Part shown: in pieces, positions 45,004 to 53,640 of the stretch
Numbering within the stretch: the first letter of the stretch is position 1
Layout: every line of letters begins with the position of its first letter
DNA from: a virus
Taxonomy: Duplodnaviria > Caudoviricetes
IMG/VR virus record: IMGVR_UViG_3300021964_000069
Coordinates: 1 to 59,799 of that record
DNA: 59,799 nucleotides
Reading direction: 5' to 3' (one strand)
Notes under the pieces: model-generated
The model's database searches: none
What the model was told of the DNA's origin: nothing
Seen by the model: the letters and a program-made list of their open reading frames with translations, nothing else
Position numbers and translations under genes: made by a program

Positions 45004-45926
45004 TGGCAATATCAAGAAAACCTTTAGACGTAGATAATTACTCAGCAGCAGAAGGAGGAACAGGCACTGCGATTCCTGGATACTATAGTAGAGTTCATCT
45101 AAACGATATTATAAATAATTTTATAATTGCTTATATTGGGGATGGTAAAGTTCTTACTAAAGTACCAAGATATGAAGTTGCGTTTTGGGCACAGCGTTCT
45201 GTTCAAGAATTTAGCTATGATATATTCCATGCAGAAAAAAATATTGAAATTGAATTAAGTTCTACGCTACAGCTATCATTGCCTTCTGACTACGTTAATT
45301 ATGTTAAAATTGCGTATGTAGACGCAAACGGGAATCATCGTCCAATACAAAATGCTAAATACGTAAAACCAACAAAAGCTGTTTCTCAGGATCAAGATTA
45401 TAAATATTTGTATGATCAAGAAGGGAATTTAACATTTAATGAAATGTCAGAAACAGCGGAACGTTTCCAGTCTTCTGAAAGATTTCTTACTACAAAAGAT
45501 TTTCAAAATTATTATGATGGGTACCACGATCACGAGGACCTTTCGGCTTACGGAAGAAGATTTGGTTCTGAACCCGAAAGACAAAATATAAATGGTAGCT
45601 ATGTGTTAGATTTAGAAGCTGGTAAAATATATTTTGATTCATTTTTTAGCGAGGGCGATTTAATATCAATACAATATATATCTGATGGCCTTGGCGACAA
45701 TGGTAATTTTGAAAATGTATTAGTTCCTAAACTAGCAGAAGATGCTGTTTATGCTAATATGCTTTATAATTTGTCTAAATTGCGACCCTCAGGAGGACCT
45801 GCTGCAGCTTTATATAAAAAAGAAGCAGCCGCTAAAATGAGAAATGCTAAGCTAAGATTAAATAATCTTAAGTTAGAAGAATTAACACAAGTATTAAGAG
45901 GTAAGTCTAAGTGGATTAAACACTAA
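45003..45926 (+). CDS. Tail ring/tubular protein
   Basis: LPSDYVNYVKI, IYF.S......I.I.YISDG, VPKLAEDA.Y; same fold pattern as the preceding gene. Confidence 0.7.
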   Translation: MAISRKPLDVDNYSAAEGGTGTAIPGYYSRVHLNDIINNFIIAYIGDGKVLTKVPRYEVAFWAQRSVQEFSYDIFHAEKNIEIELSSTLQLSLPSDYVNYVKIAYVDANGNHRPIQNAKYVKPTKAVSQDQDYKYLYDQEGNLTFNEMSETAERFQSSERFLTTKDFQNYYDGYHDHEDLSAYGRRFGSEPERQNINGSYVLDLEAGKIYFDSFFSEGDLISIQYISDGLGDNGNFENVLVPKLAEDAVYANMLYNLSKLRPSGGPAAALYKKEAAAKMRNAKLRLNNLKLEELTQVLRGKSKWIKH

Positions 45927-45929
45927 AAT

Positions 45930-48900
45930 ATGCCAGAAATTAAAAGACTCTTTAACGCGAGTCGAATGAATCGCGATTTAGATGAAAAAATGCTTAAGCC
46001 CGGTGAATATCGAGAAGCATTAAATATAAATGTTAGCAAGTCAGAAAGCTCAGATATAGGTTCAGTTGAAAATATATTAGGAAATAAGCTTATTGTTGAC
46101 ACAGCAATATCTAATGCCAAAACAATTGGGCAATATAGAGACAACGGTGATGAAAAAATATATTATTTTATTACCAACAATAATTCGTATAACCATATTA
46201 ATTCTGGTTCTCACCAAATAATTGAATACGATCAGAAAGCAAATAAATCAACTATAATAGTAAACAGTGCGGCTTTAAACTTTCATCAAGATTATCCAAT
46301 AACAGGAATTAATTTAGTAGATAAATTATTGTTTTGGACAGATGATCGCAATCCGCCAAGAAAAATAAACGTAGAAACTGCAAAAAACAACGCAAACTAT
46401 TATAATCTATCGTCGGATATTGATAATTTAATATCAGTAGCTAAATATGCCCCTTATAATGCGGCAACAATTGTTGGTGTATCCGACGTTGATGAAAATG
46501 GTGATCCTATTACATCAAACTTTTTAGAAAATAAATTAATTAGGTTTTCTTATAGATACCAATTTGAAGATGGTGAATATAGTATATTGGCTCCTTTTAC
46601 GCCCGTATGCTTTTCAAGATTAGATAATATTGATACGATAGCATCAGATATAAATGATTTTGGTGAAATTGAAACATTTGTTAATGCTATTAAATCTGTA
46701 CAACTTTCTGTACCAACTCCATCAAATTATGGTATTCAAAAGGTTGAATTAATATATAAAGAAACAGGATCCGGAGCTCTTTATGTTGTTGAAAAAAAGA
46801 TTGTAACAACAGAAACATCTGTTAACTTCTTTTACAAATCTCAAGACCCATTTAAAACTTTACCTAGCGATCAGCTAACACGTGTATATGACTCAGTACC
46901 ACGTAAAGCTAAATCACAAGAGCTAGCTGGCGGAAGATTAATATACGGTAATTATTTACAAAACTATAATATTCCAACATTATCTTTTACAGTAACAAGA
47001 ACTGGGGAAACTTCTTCTAGGTATGCCGCTTTAGACGAATCTATGTCTGTAAAATCACGTAGAACATACCAGGTCGGCGTAGTTTTAGCTGATAAATTTG
47101 GCAGGCAAACTCCTGTGCTTTTATCCGAAACAGGCGGTGATACAGTATTTATTGATGCGTCTACTGGGGAGGCTGATAGCACTACTGCTTTCAATTCGTT
47201 GCGTATAGCATTTTCTCAAGCTTCAATCAATGCTTTGCAGGCTTTAGATTGGTGTTATTCATATAGAATAGTAGTAAAACAAAGAGAACAAGAATACTAC
47301 AATTGGATTTCTAGTATTACCTCTTTAAATACAGTTGTGCGTTTAGGGGATAGTATAAATAAAATACCTAGAGATCAAACAGCTGTTATACCGCCAAGTA
47401 CAGGAACAAGTATATCTCCATGCGATGTATCTGTATATCCTAAAATTTTAAACGGCGTAAACAAAACAACCTCTAGCTTAACAAAAATACAATCTATTGC
47501 AAACCCTTCTGGAAATGCAACCGTACCTACAGACGGTGTTACTAGCGGTATTTGTGTTTTTGAAACTGAGCCAGTTATTTCTGACTTAGATATATTTTAT
47601 GAAACATCTACCGGCGGACTAATATCAGGGCTAACAACTACAGCTATAGATATTCAGTTTTATAATTGTTATTTATTAACATTTAGTTCTGGTGCTCATA
47701 TTGAAATAAATAGATTACGTGCTGGCTATAATGAAAAAGCATTTGATGTTGGCGTAAGAGCATATTTAGTAAAAGAAAACTTTGCTGAAGAAAGAAGATT
47801 TAATACTTTAATTCATTCAAGTGGTTTATTTAATTCAAGAACAAATATAAATTATATAAATCAATTTAATGAATCTGAAGGCGGTCTTACTATTTCTTTG
47901 GACCCTCAGGATGGGTCAATACAAAAGCTATTTGCTGATGATACACAAGTAGTTGTATTCCAGGAAGATAAAGTTTCAAGATCACCTGTAAATAAAGATT
48001 TTATATATTCTGCAGAGGGTGGAGCTATTCCTGTTACTACAAGTTCTCAATTTTTAGGAACAATAGCGCCTTATGCTGGTGAATTTGGTATTTCAAAAGA
48101 AGCAAAATCTTTTGCTTATTATGGTTATGCTAAATATTTTACAGATAAAAACCGAGGATCTGTAATGCGTTTATCACAAAATGGATTAGTTGAAATATCT
48201 AGAAATGGTATGAGCGACTTTTTTAGGGATGCGCTAAAAAAATCAACAGATATTATTGGTTCATATGACGAATACCAAGGACTGTATCATTTAACAATTA
48301 TAGGTGAAGGGTTCAGCGGATTTAAAGATACAAATGTAGCAACTGCTTCTGATAATTATTTTACAATATCATTTGATGAAGGCTCACAAGGTTGGACTAG
48401 TTTTAAATCTTTTGAACAAGAAGGTGGCATTAGCTTAAATAATATTTATTATAGTTTTAAAAATGGTAAATTATGGAAGCATAACGATGACACCGTAAAC
48501 AGAAACACCTTTTATGGTGGAACTTCTAATGAATCATATATTGAACCTATATTAAATGACAACCCCTCGACAATTAAAACTTTTAATAACATAAGTTACG
48601 AAGGAACTGATGGGTGGGAATTAGATTTTTTAGAAACTGATTTAGGATCTGTTGGTGACGCTCCAGCTTTAGATAATTATAATTTAATATCATTACAATT
48701 ATCAGGAGCCGCTGATAATAGCGTTATTGTAGGGGAAAGGTCTATATATGCAAAAGAAAATGATGTAATCCAATGGACCATTACTGCAAAACCTAAAAAT
48801 GCAGATTATTCATTTGATACAATTACTGATGTTATTTTAACAGGTAGTGGGCTAACAATACAAAGTCCGTCAGCAATTACAGATGGCAATTTGGTGTTTT

Positions 48901-50261
48901 TAATAAGCTATACTGCTGGAACTATTGATGAAACAAAAACAGTAACTATTTCTGGCACTGGTGCTGATCTTATTTATGAAGTAAATCTTTTAACAATAAG
49001 TGTTGGGGATTCCGTTTCAAACGCAGCTGTAAGTCCTGCTTTAGCTACATTTACCAATGCAGGTGATACAGATTTAGATATATTAGTAACGCCATTAAGT
49101 ACACATTATATAGATCCAGGTAATATTATAGCAAACACATCGTCGTTTGGTTCATATAATGTTTCAGGTATATCTGGTACAGAAACTAAAACAGTTATTG
49201 TTAGAAATTACGGTAGCAATGCTTTTGCTATTGATGATTTAAAGCAACCAACTGTGCCACTTACTAAAGGTAAAACCTATATATTTGATCAAAGTGATAG
49301 CTCAAATACCAATCATCCCTTAAGATTTAGTACAACTTCTAATGGTACACATAATAGCGGAGCTGAATATACTACAGGGGTAACAACTAATGGAACACCT
49401 GGAAGTGCTGGAGCATATACACAAATTGTAGTTACCTCTACAACACCTACTTTATATTATTACTGTAGTAATCATAGTAATATGGGTGGAAGTGTAAATA
49501 TAGTTCCGTTCAACATAACTATATCAAATACTGGGCTTACTGCAAGCTTTCCGGTTACAGTACCAACGGTTGCAACAAACAATTCAATTGGAATTAGTGG
49601 GACTGCAATTGTTAAACCTACTTTAACTTGGGCAACGCCTGCTAGTGGTACATTAACAACACCAAGCTCTACTACCATTAATGTTGCTTATGATGCAACG
49701 CCTTATGATACTGTGGATAGAAGAACCGCTGCAATTAAATGGACGGCTTCAGATACAACTAAAGTATTCTTACCGGATGGGCATGGGTTAAGCTATGACG
49801 TTGTTGGTAATGATATTACTACTACTCTTGAAAGCTCTACGCAAGAATATTTAGAAAAAACAATTGTTTTACCTAAAATATTTGAAGATACCGTAGCTAC
49901 TGCTACAATAACAGGAACAGGTGAAGTTACAGCGTCTGTAGGTACTTATGTGACTTCAATTACATTTGCAGCCTCTGGAGATCCTGATACTTCTATAACT
50001 AACTCTAACGGAGCAACCGTGCCAATACAAATATCCGCTAATCAAAACTGGGTGTTAATAAATGGCTCTCCGGGTACAAAAGTAGTAGATCCTGATGGCA
50101 TTAACTTTTTAGGGTCAAACTATCCATTTACAATTAATGTATCTGATAATACAACTGGATCGCAAAGAACTGCTACTATTACAATTAGTAAATATAATAA
50201 TAGCCGTGTAACAGGTTCTGCGGTAGCGGACCAAACAATTAGTATAACACAAAATGCATAA
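45930..50261 (+). CDS. Tail stabilisation (P22 gp10/nozzle-like) protein with C-terminal adhesin domains
   Basis: MNRDLDE...GEYREALNI, LFWTDDRNPPRKIN, GEFGIS, YFTDKNRG.V.RLS, GWTSF; then Ig-like and cupredoxin-like domains. Confidence 0.8.
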   Translation: MPEIKRLFNASRMNRDLDEKMLKPGEYREALNINVSKSESSDIGSVENILGNKLIVDTAISNAKTIGQYRDNGDEKIYYFITNNNSYNHINSGSHQIIEYDQKANKSTIIVNSAALNFHQDYPITGINLVDKLLFWTDDRNPPRKINVETAKNNANYYNLSSDIDNLISVAKYAPYNAATIVGVSDVDENGDPITSNFLENKLIRFSYRYQFEDGEYSILAPFTPVCFSRLDNIDTIASDINDFGEIETFVNAIKSVQLSVPTPSNYGIQKVELIYKETGSGALYVVEKKIVTTETSVNFFYKSQDPFKTLPSDQLTRVYDSVPRKAKSQELAGGRLIYGNYLQNYNIPTLSFTVTRTGETSSRYAALDESMSVKSRRTYQVGVVLADKFGRQTPVLLSETGGDTVFIDASTGEADSTTAFNSLRIAFSQASINALQALDWCYSYRIVVKQREQEYYNWISSITSLNTVVRLGDSINKIPRDQTAVIPPSTGTSISPCDVSVYPKILNGVNKTTSSLTKIQSIANPSGNATVPTDGVTSGICVFETEPVISDLDIFYETSTGGLISGLTTTAIDIQFYNCYLLTFSSGAHIEINRLRAGYNEKAFDVGVRAYLVKENFAEERRFNTLIHSSGLFNSRTNINYINQFNESEGGLTISLDPQDGSIQKLFADDTQVVVFQEDKVSRSPVNKDFIYSAEGGAIPVTTSSQFLGTIAPYAGEFGISKEAKSFAYYGYAKYFTDKNRGSVMRLSQNGLVEISRNGMSDFFRDALKKSTDIIGSYDEYQGLYHLTIIGEGFSGFKDTNVATASDNYFTISFDEGSQGWTSFKSFEQEGGISLNNIYYSFKNGKLWKHNDDTVNRNTFYGGTSNESYIEPILNDNPSTIKTFNNISYEGTDGWELDFLETDLGSVGDAPALDNYNLISLQLSGAADNSVIVGERSIYAKENDVIQWTITAKPKNADYSFDTITDVILTGSGLTIQSPSAITDGNLVFLISYTAGTIDETKTVTISGTGADLIYEVNLLTISVGDSVSNAAVSPALATFTNAGDTDLDILVTPLSTHYIDPGNIIANTSSFGSYNVSGISGTETKTVIVRNYGSNAFAIDDLKQPTVPLTKGKTYIFDQSDSSNTNHPLRFSTTSNGTHNSGAEYTTGVTTNGTPGSAGAYTQIVVTSTTPTLYYYCSNHSNMGGSVNIVPFNITISNTGLTASFPVTVPTVATNNSIGISGTAIVKPTLTWATPASGTLTTPSSTTINVAYDATPYDTVDRRTAAIKWTASDTTKVFLPDGHGLSYDVVGNDITTTLESSTQEYLEKTIVLPKIFEDTVATATITGTGEVTASVGTYVTSITFAASGDPDTSITNSNGATVPIQISANQNWVLINGSPGTKVVDPDGINFLGSNYPFTINVSDNTTGSQRTATITISKYNNSRVTGSAVADQTISITQNA

Positions 50262-50500
50262 TGAGTACAATAATTAAATTTCCTTTTGAGGCAAAAGAAG
50301 GTAAGTATTTTGCACCAATAGTTTCAGAAGAAACAACGTATAAGGTTTCTAATGGAGCTGTTGTAGCAGATGCCACTAAACTTGTTTCTGGTACAAAAGG
50401 TACATTTATGCGAACGCGCATTAAATTACCAATAGATAAATCAATTAATAAAGCCGAATTATTTGCTTTAAATTCAGAAGCTGTATATTCGTCAAACTAA
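50261..50500 (+). CDS. Small protein resembling the C-terminal segment of tail stabilisation proteins
   Basis: FEAKEGKYFA...SGTKGTF...KAELFALNSE...SS; TAATG overlap. Confidence 0.6.
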   Translation: MSTIIKFPFEAKEGKYFAPIVSEETTYKVSNGAVVADATKLVSGTKGTFMRTRIKLPIDKSINKAELFALNSEAVYSSN

Positions 50501-50502
50501 AT

Positions 50503-50904
50503 ATGCAATTTAATATAAATAAAATTCAAGATTCCGATTGGGAATTTTTACCATCTTGGTGGGTAAAATACAAACAAGATCCACCACCTAGAGATTTTTT
50601 ACCAGATAATGGTTTAAGCGGATTTATTATAAAAAAAGATGTCCCTATAGCCGCAATGTGGCTATACCAGACAAATAGTAAAACTGCAATTCCAGCTGTA
50701 ATGGTTAGTGATAAAGATTATAAACAACCAGACAGAAGTGACGCATTGCAACTTTTATTAGAATTTACTACAGATACAGCACATTCATTGGGATTTAAGT
50801 ATTCTTTTGCATGGGCAAAATCTGGTGTATTGTTAGAAAAATATGAAAATTTGGGGTTTAAAAAAGATACAAGCCCTTCTTATGAATTAATATTAAAATA
50901 CTAA
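50503..50904 (+). CDS. GNAT-fold protein (P22 gp14-like position)
   Basis: PIAAMWLY...LGFKY.F......L...YENLGF pattern, between the nozzle and ejection genes. Confidence 0.55.
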   Translation: MQFNINKIQDSDWEFLPSWWVKYKQDPPPRDFLPDNGLSGFIIKKDVPIAAMWLYQTNSKTAIPAVMVSDKDYKQPDRSDALQLLLEFTTDTAHSLGFKYSFAWAKSGVLLEKYENLGFKKDTSPSYELILKY

Positions 50905-52073
50905 TGGGAGCAATAGTAGGAGGCGTTGCTTCTCTCTTTGGGGGAAGAGCAAGAAGACGCGAACAAAAAGCAGCAAATCAAGAATTTAATAGAGCTAGAC
51001 AAAGCATACAGCAATATCAATTTAAAGACGTTGGACAGGGCTTAAATGCAACTGGGTATGATGCGGCCACTGGTCAAGCCCCAACTTTAGAAAGCTTAGG
51101 GCTTGGAGGAGCAGCTCAAGCACAAGGAGGTCAGCTTGGTCCAGCACAAGGTTATGAAAGTCAAGGATACGAATCTCAAGGTTATAGTGCTACTGGTTTT
51201 GATGCAGCACAAACAAATGTTGCTGGCCTGCAAAGAGGAGCAGCGGCTGGTTTAACTAATACCATGAATAACCTCCAGGTTTCAACCGCAGCGGCAGAAA
51301 TGGCGGCTCAAGAAGCAGATCAATCCTTAGCAGCTTCTCAAGACTTAGCGGCACAAGCAGGTACAGGAGCGGGCGGAGCTACTGCTTTAGCGGCGGCAGC
51401 TGCTAAATCAAAAGCAGGAATAACAGCTGATATAGATAAAGATATTAAGCGAAATGAAATGATTAGGGCTCAAGCTGAGGGACAACTACAAAAAGATATG
51501 CTAGCCCAAGAAAATTTAGCTTCAAAATTTGATTTTGGTCAACAACAATTCAATGTTGGTCAAACAAATACGTCTAGGCAATTTACGGCAGCAGCTGAAA
51601 ATCAGGCTGCACAATTTGGAGCCCAAGCGGCAAATCAAGCGGCTCAGTTTGGAGCACAGGCAGCAAATCAAGCTGCACAATTTGGCGCACAGGCTCAAAA
51701 TCAATTTGCTTTATCGCAATTTGATGCTACAAATAAAATGAATATGTTTAACGTAGGTCAACAACAAGATCTATTAAGAGATCAGTATAGAGCTGCAACT
51801 CAATTTGGAATGCAAAATTTATCTGCCCAAAATAGAGCAGCTGAATTTGGAGCTTCTTCAACAAATCAGTTTGCTCTGCAGCAAGCTAAATTTGCACAAG
51901 ACCAACAAATGGCACAATATGGCCAAATGCAAGATGTATATGGAATGGGATCAAGTCGAAAGGCTTCAGCTGATCAAGCGAGACAAAGCGCAACAAATGC
52001 ATTGGTAAAAGGAATTGGCGGTGTAATTGGCGCTGCTAGCGGGCCAATTGGAGCATTATTAGGAGGAAATTAA
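50904..52073 (+). CDS. Ejection/DNA pilot protein
   Basis: N-terminal GAIVGGVASLFGG, A/Q-rich helical body, Gly-rich hydrophobic C-terminus. Confidence 0.7.
   Translation: MGAIVGGVASLFGGRARRREQKAANQEFNRARQSIQQYQFKDVGQGLNATGYDAATGQAPTLESLGLGGAAQAQGGQLGPAQGYESQGYESQGYSATGFDAAQTNVAGLQRGAAAGLTNTMNNLQVSTAAAEMAAQEADQSLAASQDLAAQAGTGAGGATALAAAAAKSKAGITADIDKDIKRNEMIRAQAEGQLQKDMLAQENLASKFDFGQQQFNVGQTNTSRQFTAAAENQAAQFGAQAANQAAQFGAQAANQAAQFGAQAQNQFALSQFDATNKMNMFNVGQQQDLLRDQYRAATQFGMQNLSAQNRAAEFGASSTNQFALQQAKFAQDQQMAQYGQMQDVYGMGSSRKASADQARQSATNALVKGIGGVIGAASGPIGALLGGN
51591..51710 (+). repeat. 33-bp (11-aa) tandem repeat AANQAAQFGAQ x3
   Basis: Seen directly in the translation of 50904..52073; QGYES repeats also occur near 51147-51190. 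Confidence 0.85.
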
Positions 52074-52075
52074 TT

Positions 52076-53635
52076 ATGAGCAGTCCATTAAAAAGACCGG
52101 GAGATTTAGCTAGGCTAGCAACCCAACTTGATACACGCCCAATAGACTATACAGCAGTCTCAAGCGGAATTGACGCTGATATGCGTAATTTTGAGGCTAG
52201 ACAAAGAAGTTTTAAAGAGCAAAGAAGACAAGAAAAGCTTGATAAAATGAGAGATTATCGCGTTGGAATGATTAAAGCAGACCAACTAAGCTCATTAAAA
52301 ATAGATTCTAATTCAGGATATTCTTCTGTTGATAATTATTTTAGACAAGCCGGTAATGCATTAGCAGATGAAGCTTCAAATTTAATGATTTCATATGGAA
52401 ATAGCGAAATAACATCAGACGAATTTGCTAATAAATATAGTAACATACAAAGCCAAGTTGAGCAATTAAAACCTTTTGCAACAGGCATACAAACTATGAT
52501 GCAAAATTATCAATCTGATTTAGCAAATGGTACATTAAGTGCTGCTAATAAAGGTATGTATGAAGACTTTTATCAAGCAATATCTGAAGACAAAGGAAAT
52601 TTATTTTTAGATGAAAACGGAATTTTAACTTACCAAGGTAAAACAGATGGACCTGATGGTTCTGAAGAATTTAGCATTCCAATAAATCAGTTACAAAAAG
52701 TACCTCAGCCAATTAAAAAAGTGGATTCTTTTGAGTCTTTAACAAAAGATACAGCAAAAATTTTAAGCACACCTGTAGAAAGGTTTGATCCAGCTACAGG
52801 GCGTACCACAATGGAATCCCCCACGCCTAACCTTAATAATCAGGAATATAACACGGGGATAAGAACTGCTTTTGATGAATTTTTAAAGCAGCAGGGTAAT
52901 AATGGGTTGAGATCTTTAGCAGTAGACCATTTAGGTATGGATATTGATGAAATGGAAGGAAAAATAAATGGTGGTGCTTTTGTACCACGTGATGAAGATT
53001 TTTCTCAAGAAGAAATTGCTAACGGATTCGGTGATATGATAGGTGAGCGTTTTTCAAGTCAATTAGAATTTGAAATGGAAAAGCAGTTTATTAAAACCGG
53101 AATGCAACAATCTCAATATACTCAGTTGCAAAATAAACTGCAAGCAGAGCTAGATTTGAAACGCAGACAACTTGATATACAAGCACAAAATGCAGCTAGG
53201 CAGCAAGCAAAAGCAGCAAGTGGTACATCACAAGAAAGAATGATGGCAAGTAATCAAAGATTTTTTCAATCAAACGTAAAAGCATTAGGACAAAACTTTG
53301 ATCCAACTGAAGAAGAAAGTATTGCAATACTAAATCAAGATACTAATGCTAACGTTAATTTTGAAATGCGAGACGGAAAGCTTTATGCTGTTGGTAGAAA
53401 TTCAAAAACAAATGAGGAGCAAGCGGAGCCTATAAATAACATGTACGACTTCTACCTATATTATGGAGCAGGGCACGGGTTAACCCCAGCAATGCTTAAT
53501 GATATGGGCTTGGATAAACAAAAATTAAGAACAATTCCATTAAATTATAATAAAACCCCAAAAAACAATACCACAAAAAATAGTGGATCTGGCAGCTGGT
53601 GGAATTTTGCAAGTAAATTTAATTTAGGAAATTAA
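52076..53635 (+). CDS. Internal virion/ejection protein
   Basis: 519-aa helical protein between the pilot and giant proteins. Confidence 0.65.
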   Translation: MSSPLKRPGDLARLATQLDTRPIDYTAVSSGIDADMRNFEARQRSFKEQRRQEKLDKMRDYRVGMIKADQLSSLKIDSNSGYSSVDNYFRQAGNALADEASNLMISYGNSEITSDEFANKYSNIQSQVEQLKPFATGIQTMMQNYQSDLANGTLSAANKGMYEDFYQAISEDKGNLFLDENGILTYQGKTDGPDGSEEFSIPINQLQKVPQPIKKVDSFESLTKDTAKILSTPVERFDPATGRTTMESPTPNLNNQEYNTGIRTAFDEFLKQQGNNGLRSLAVDHLGMDIDEMEGKINGGAFVPRDEDFSQEEIANGFGDMIGERFSSQLEFEMEKQFIKTGMQQSQYTQLQNKLQAELDLKRRQLDIQAQNAARQQAKAASGTSQERMMASNQRFFQSNVKALGQNFDPTEEESIAILNQDTNANVNFEMRDGKLYAVGRNSKTNEEQAEPINNMYDFYLYYGAGHGLTPAMLNDMGLDKQKLRTIPLNYNKTPKNNTTKNSGSGSWWNFASKFNLGN

Positions 53636-53640
53636 TATAC

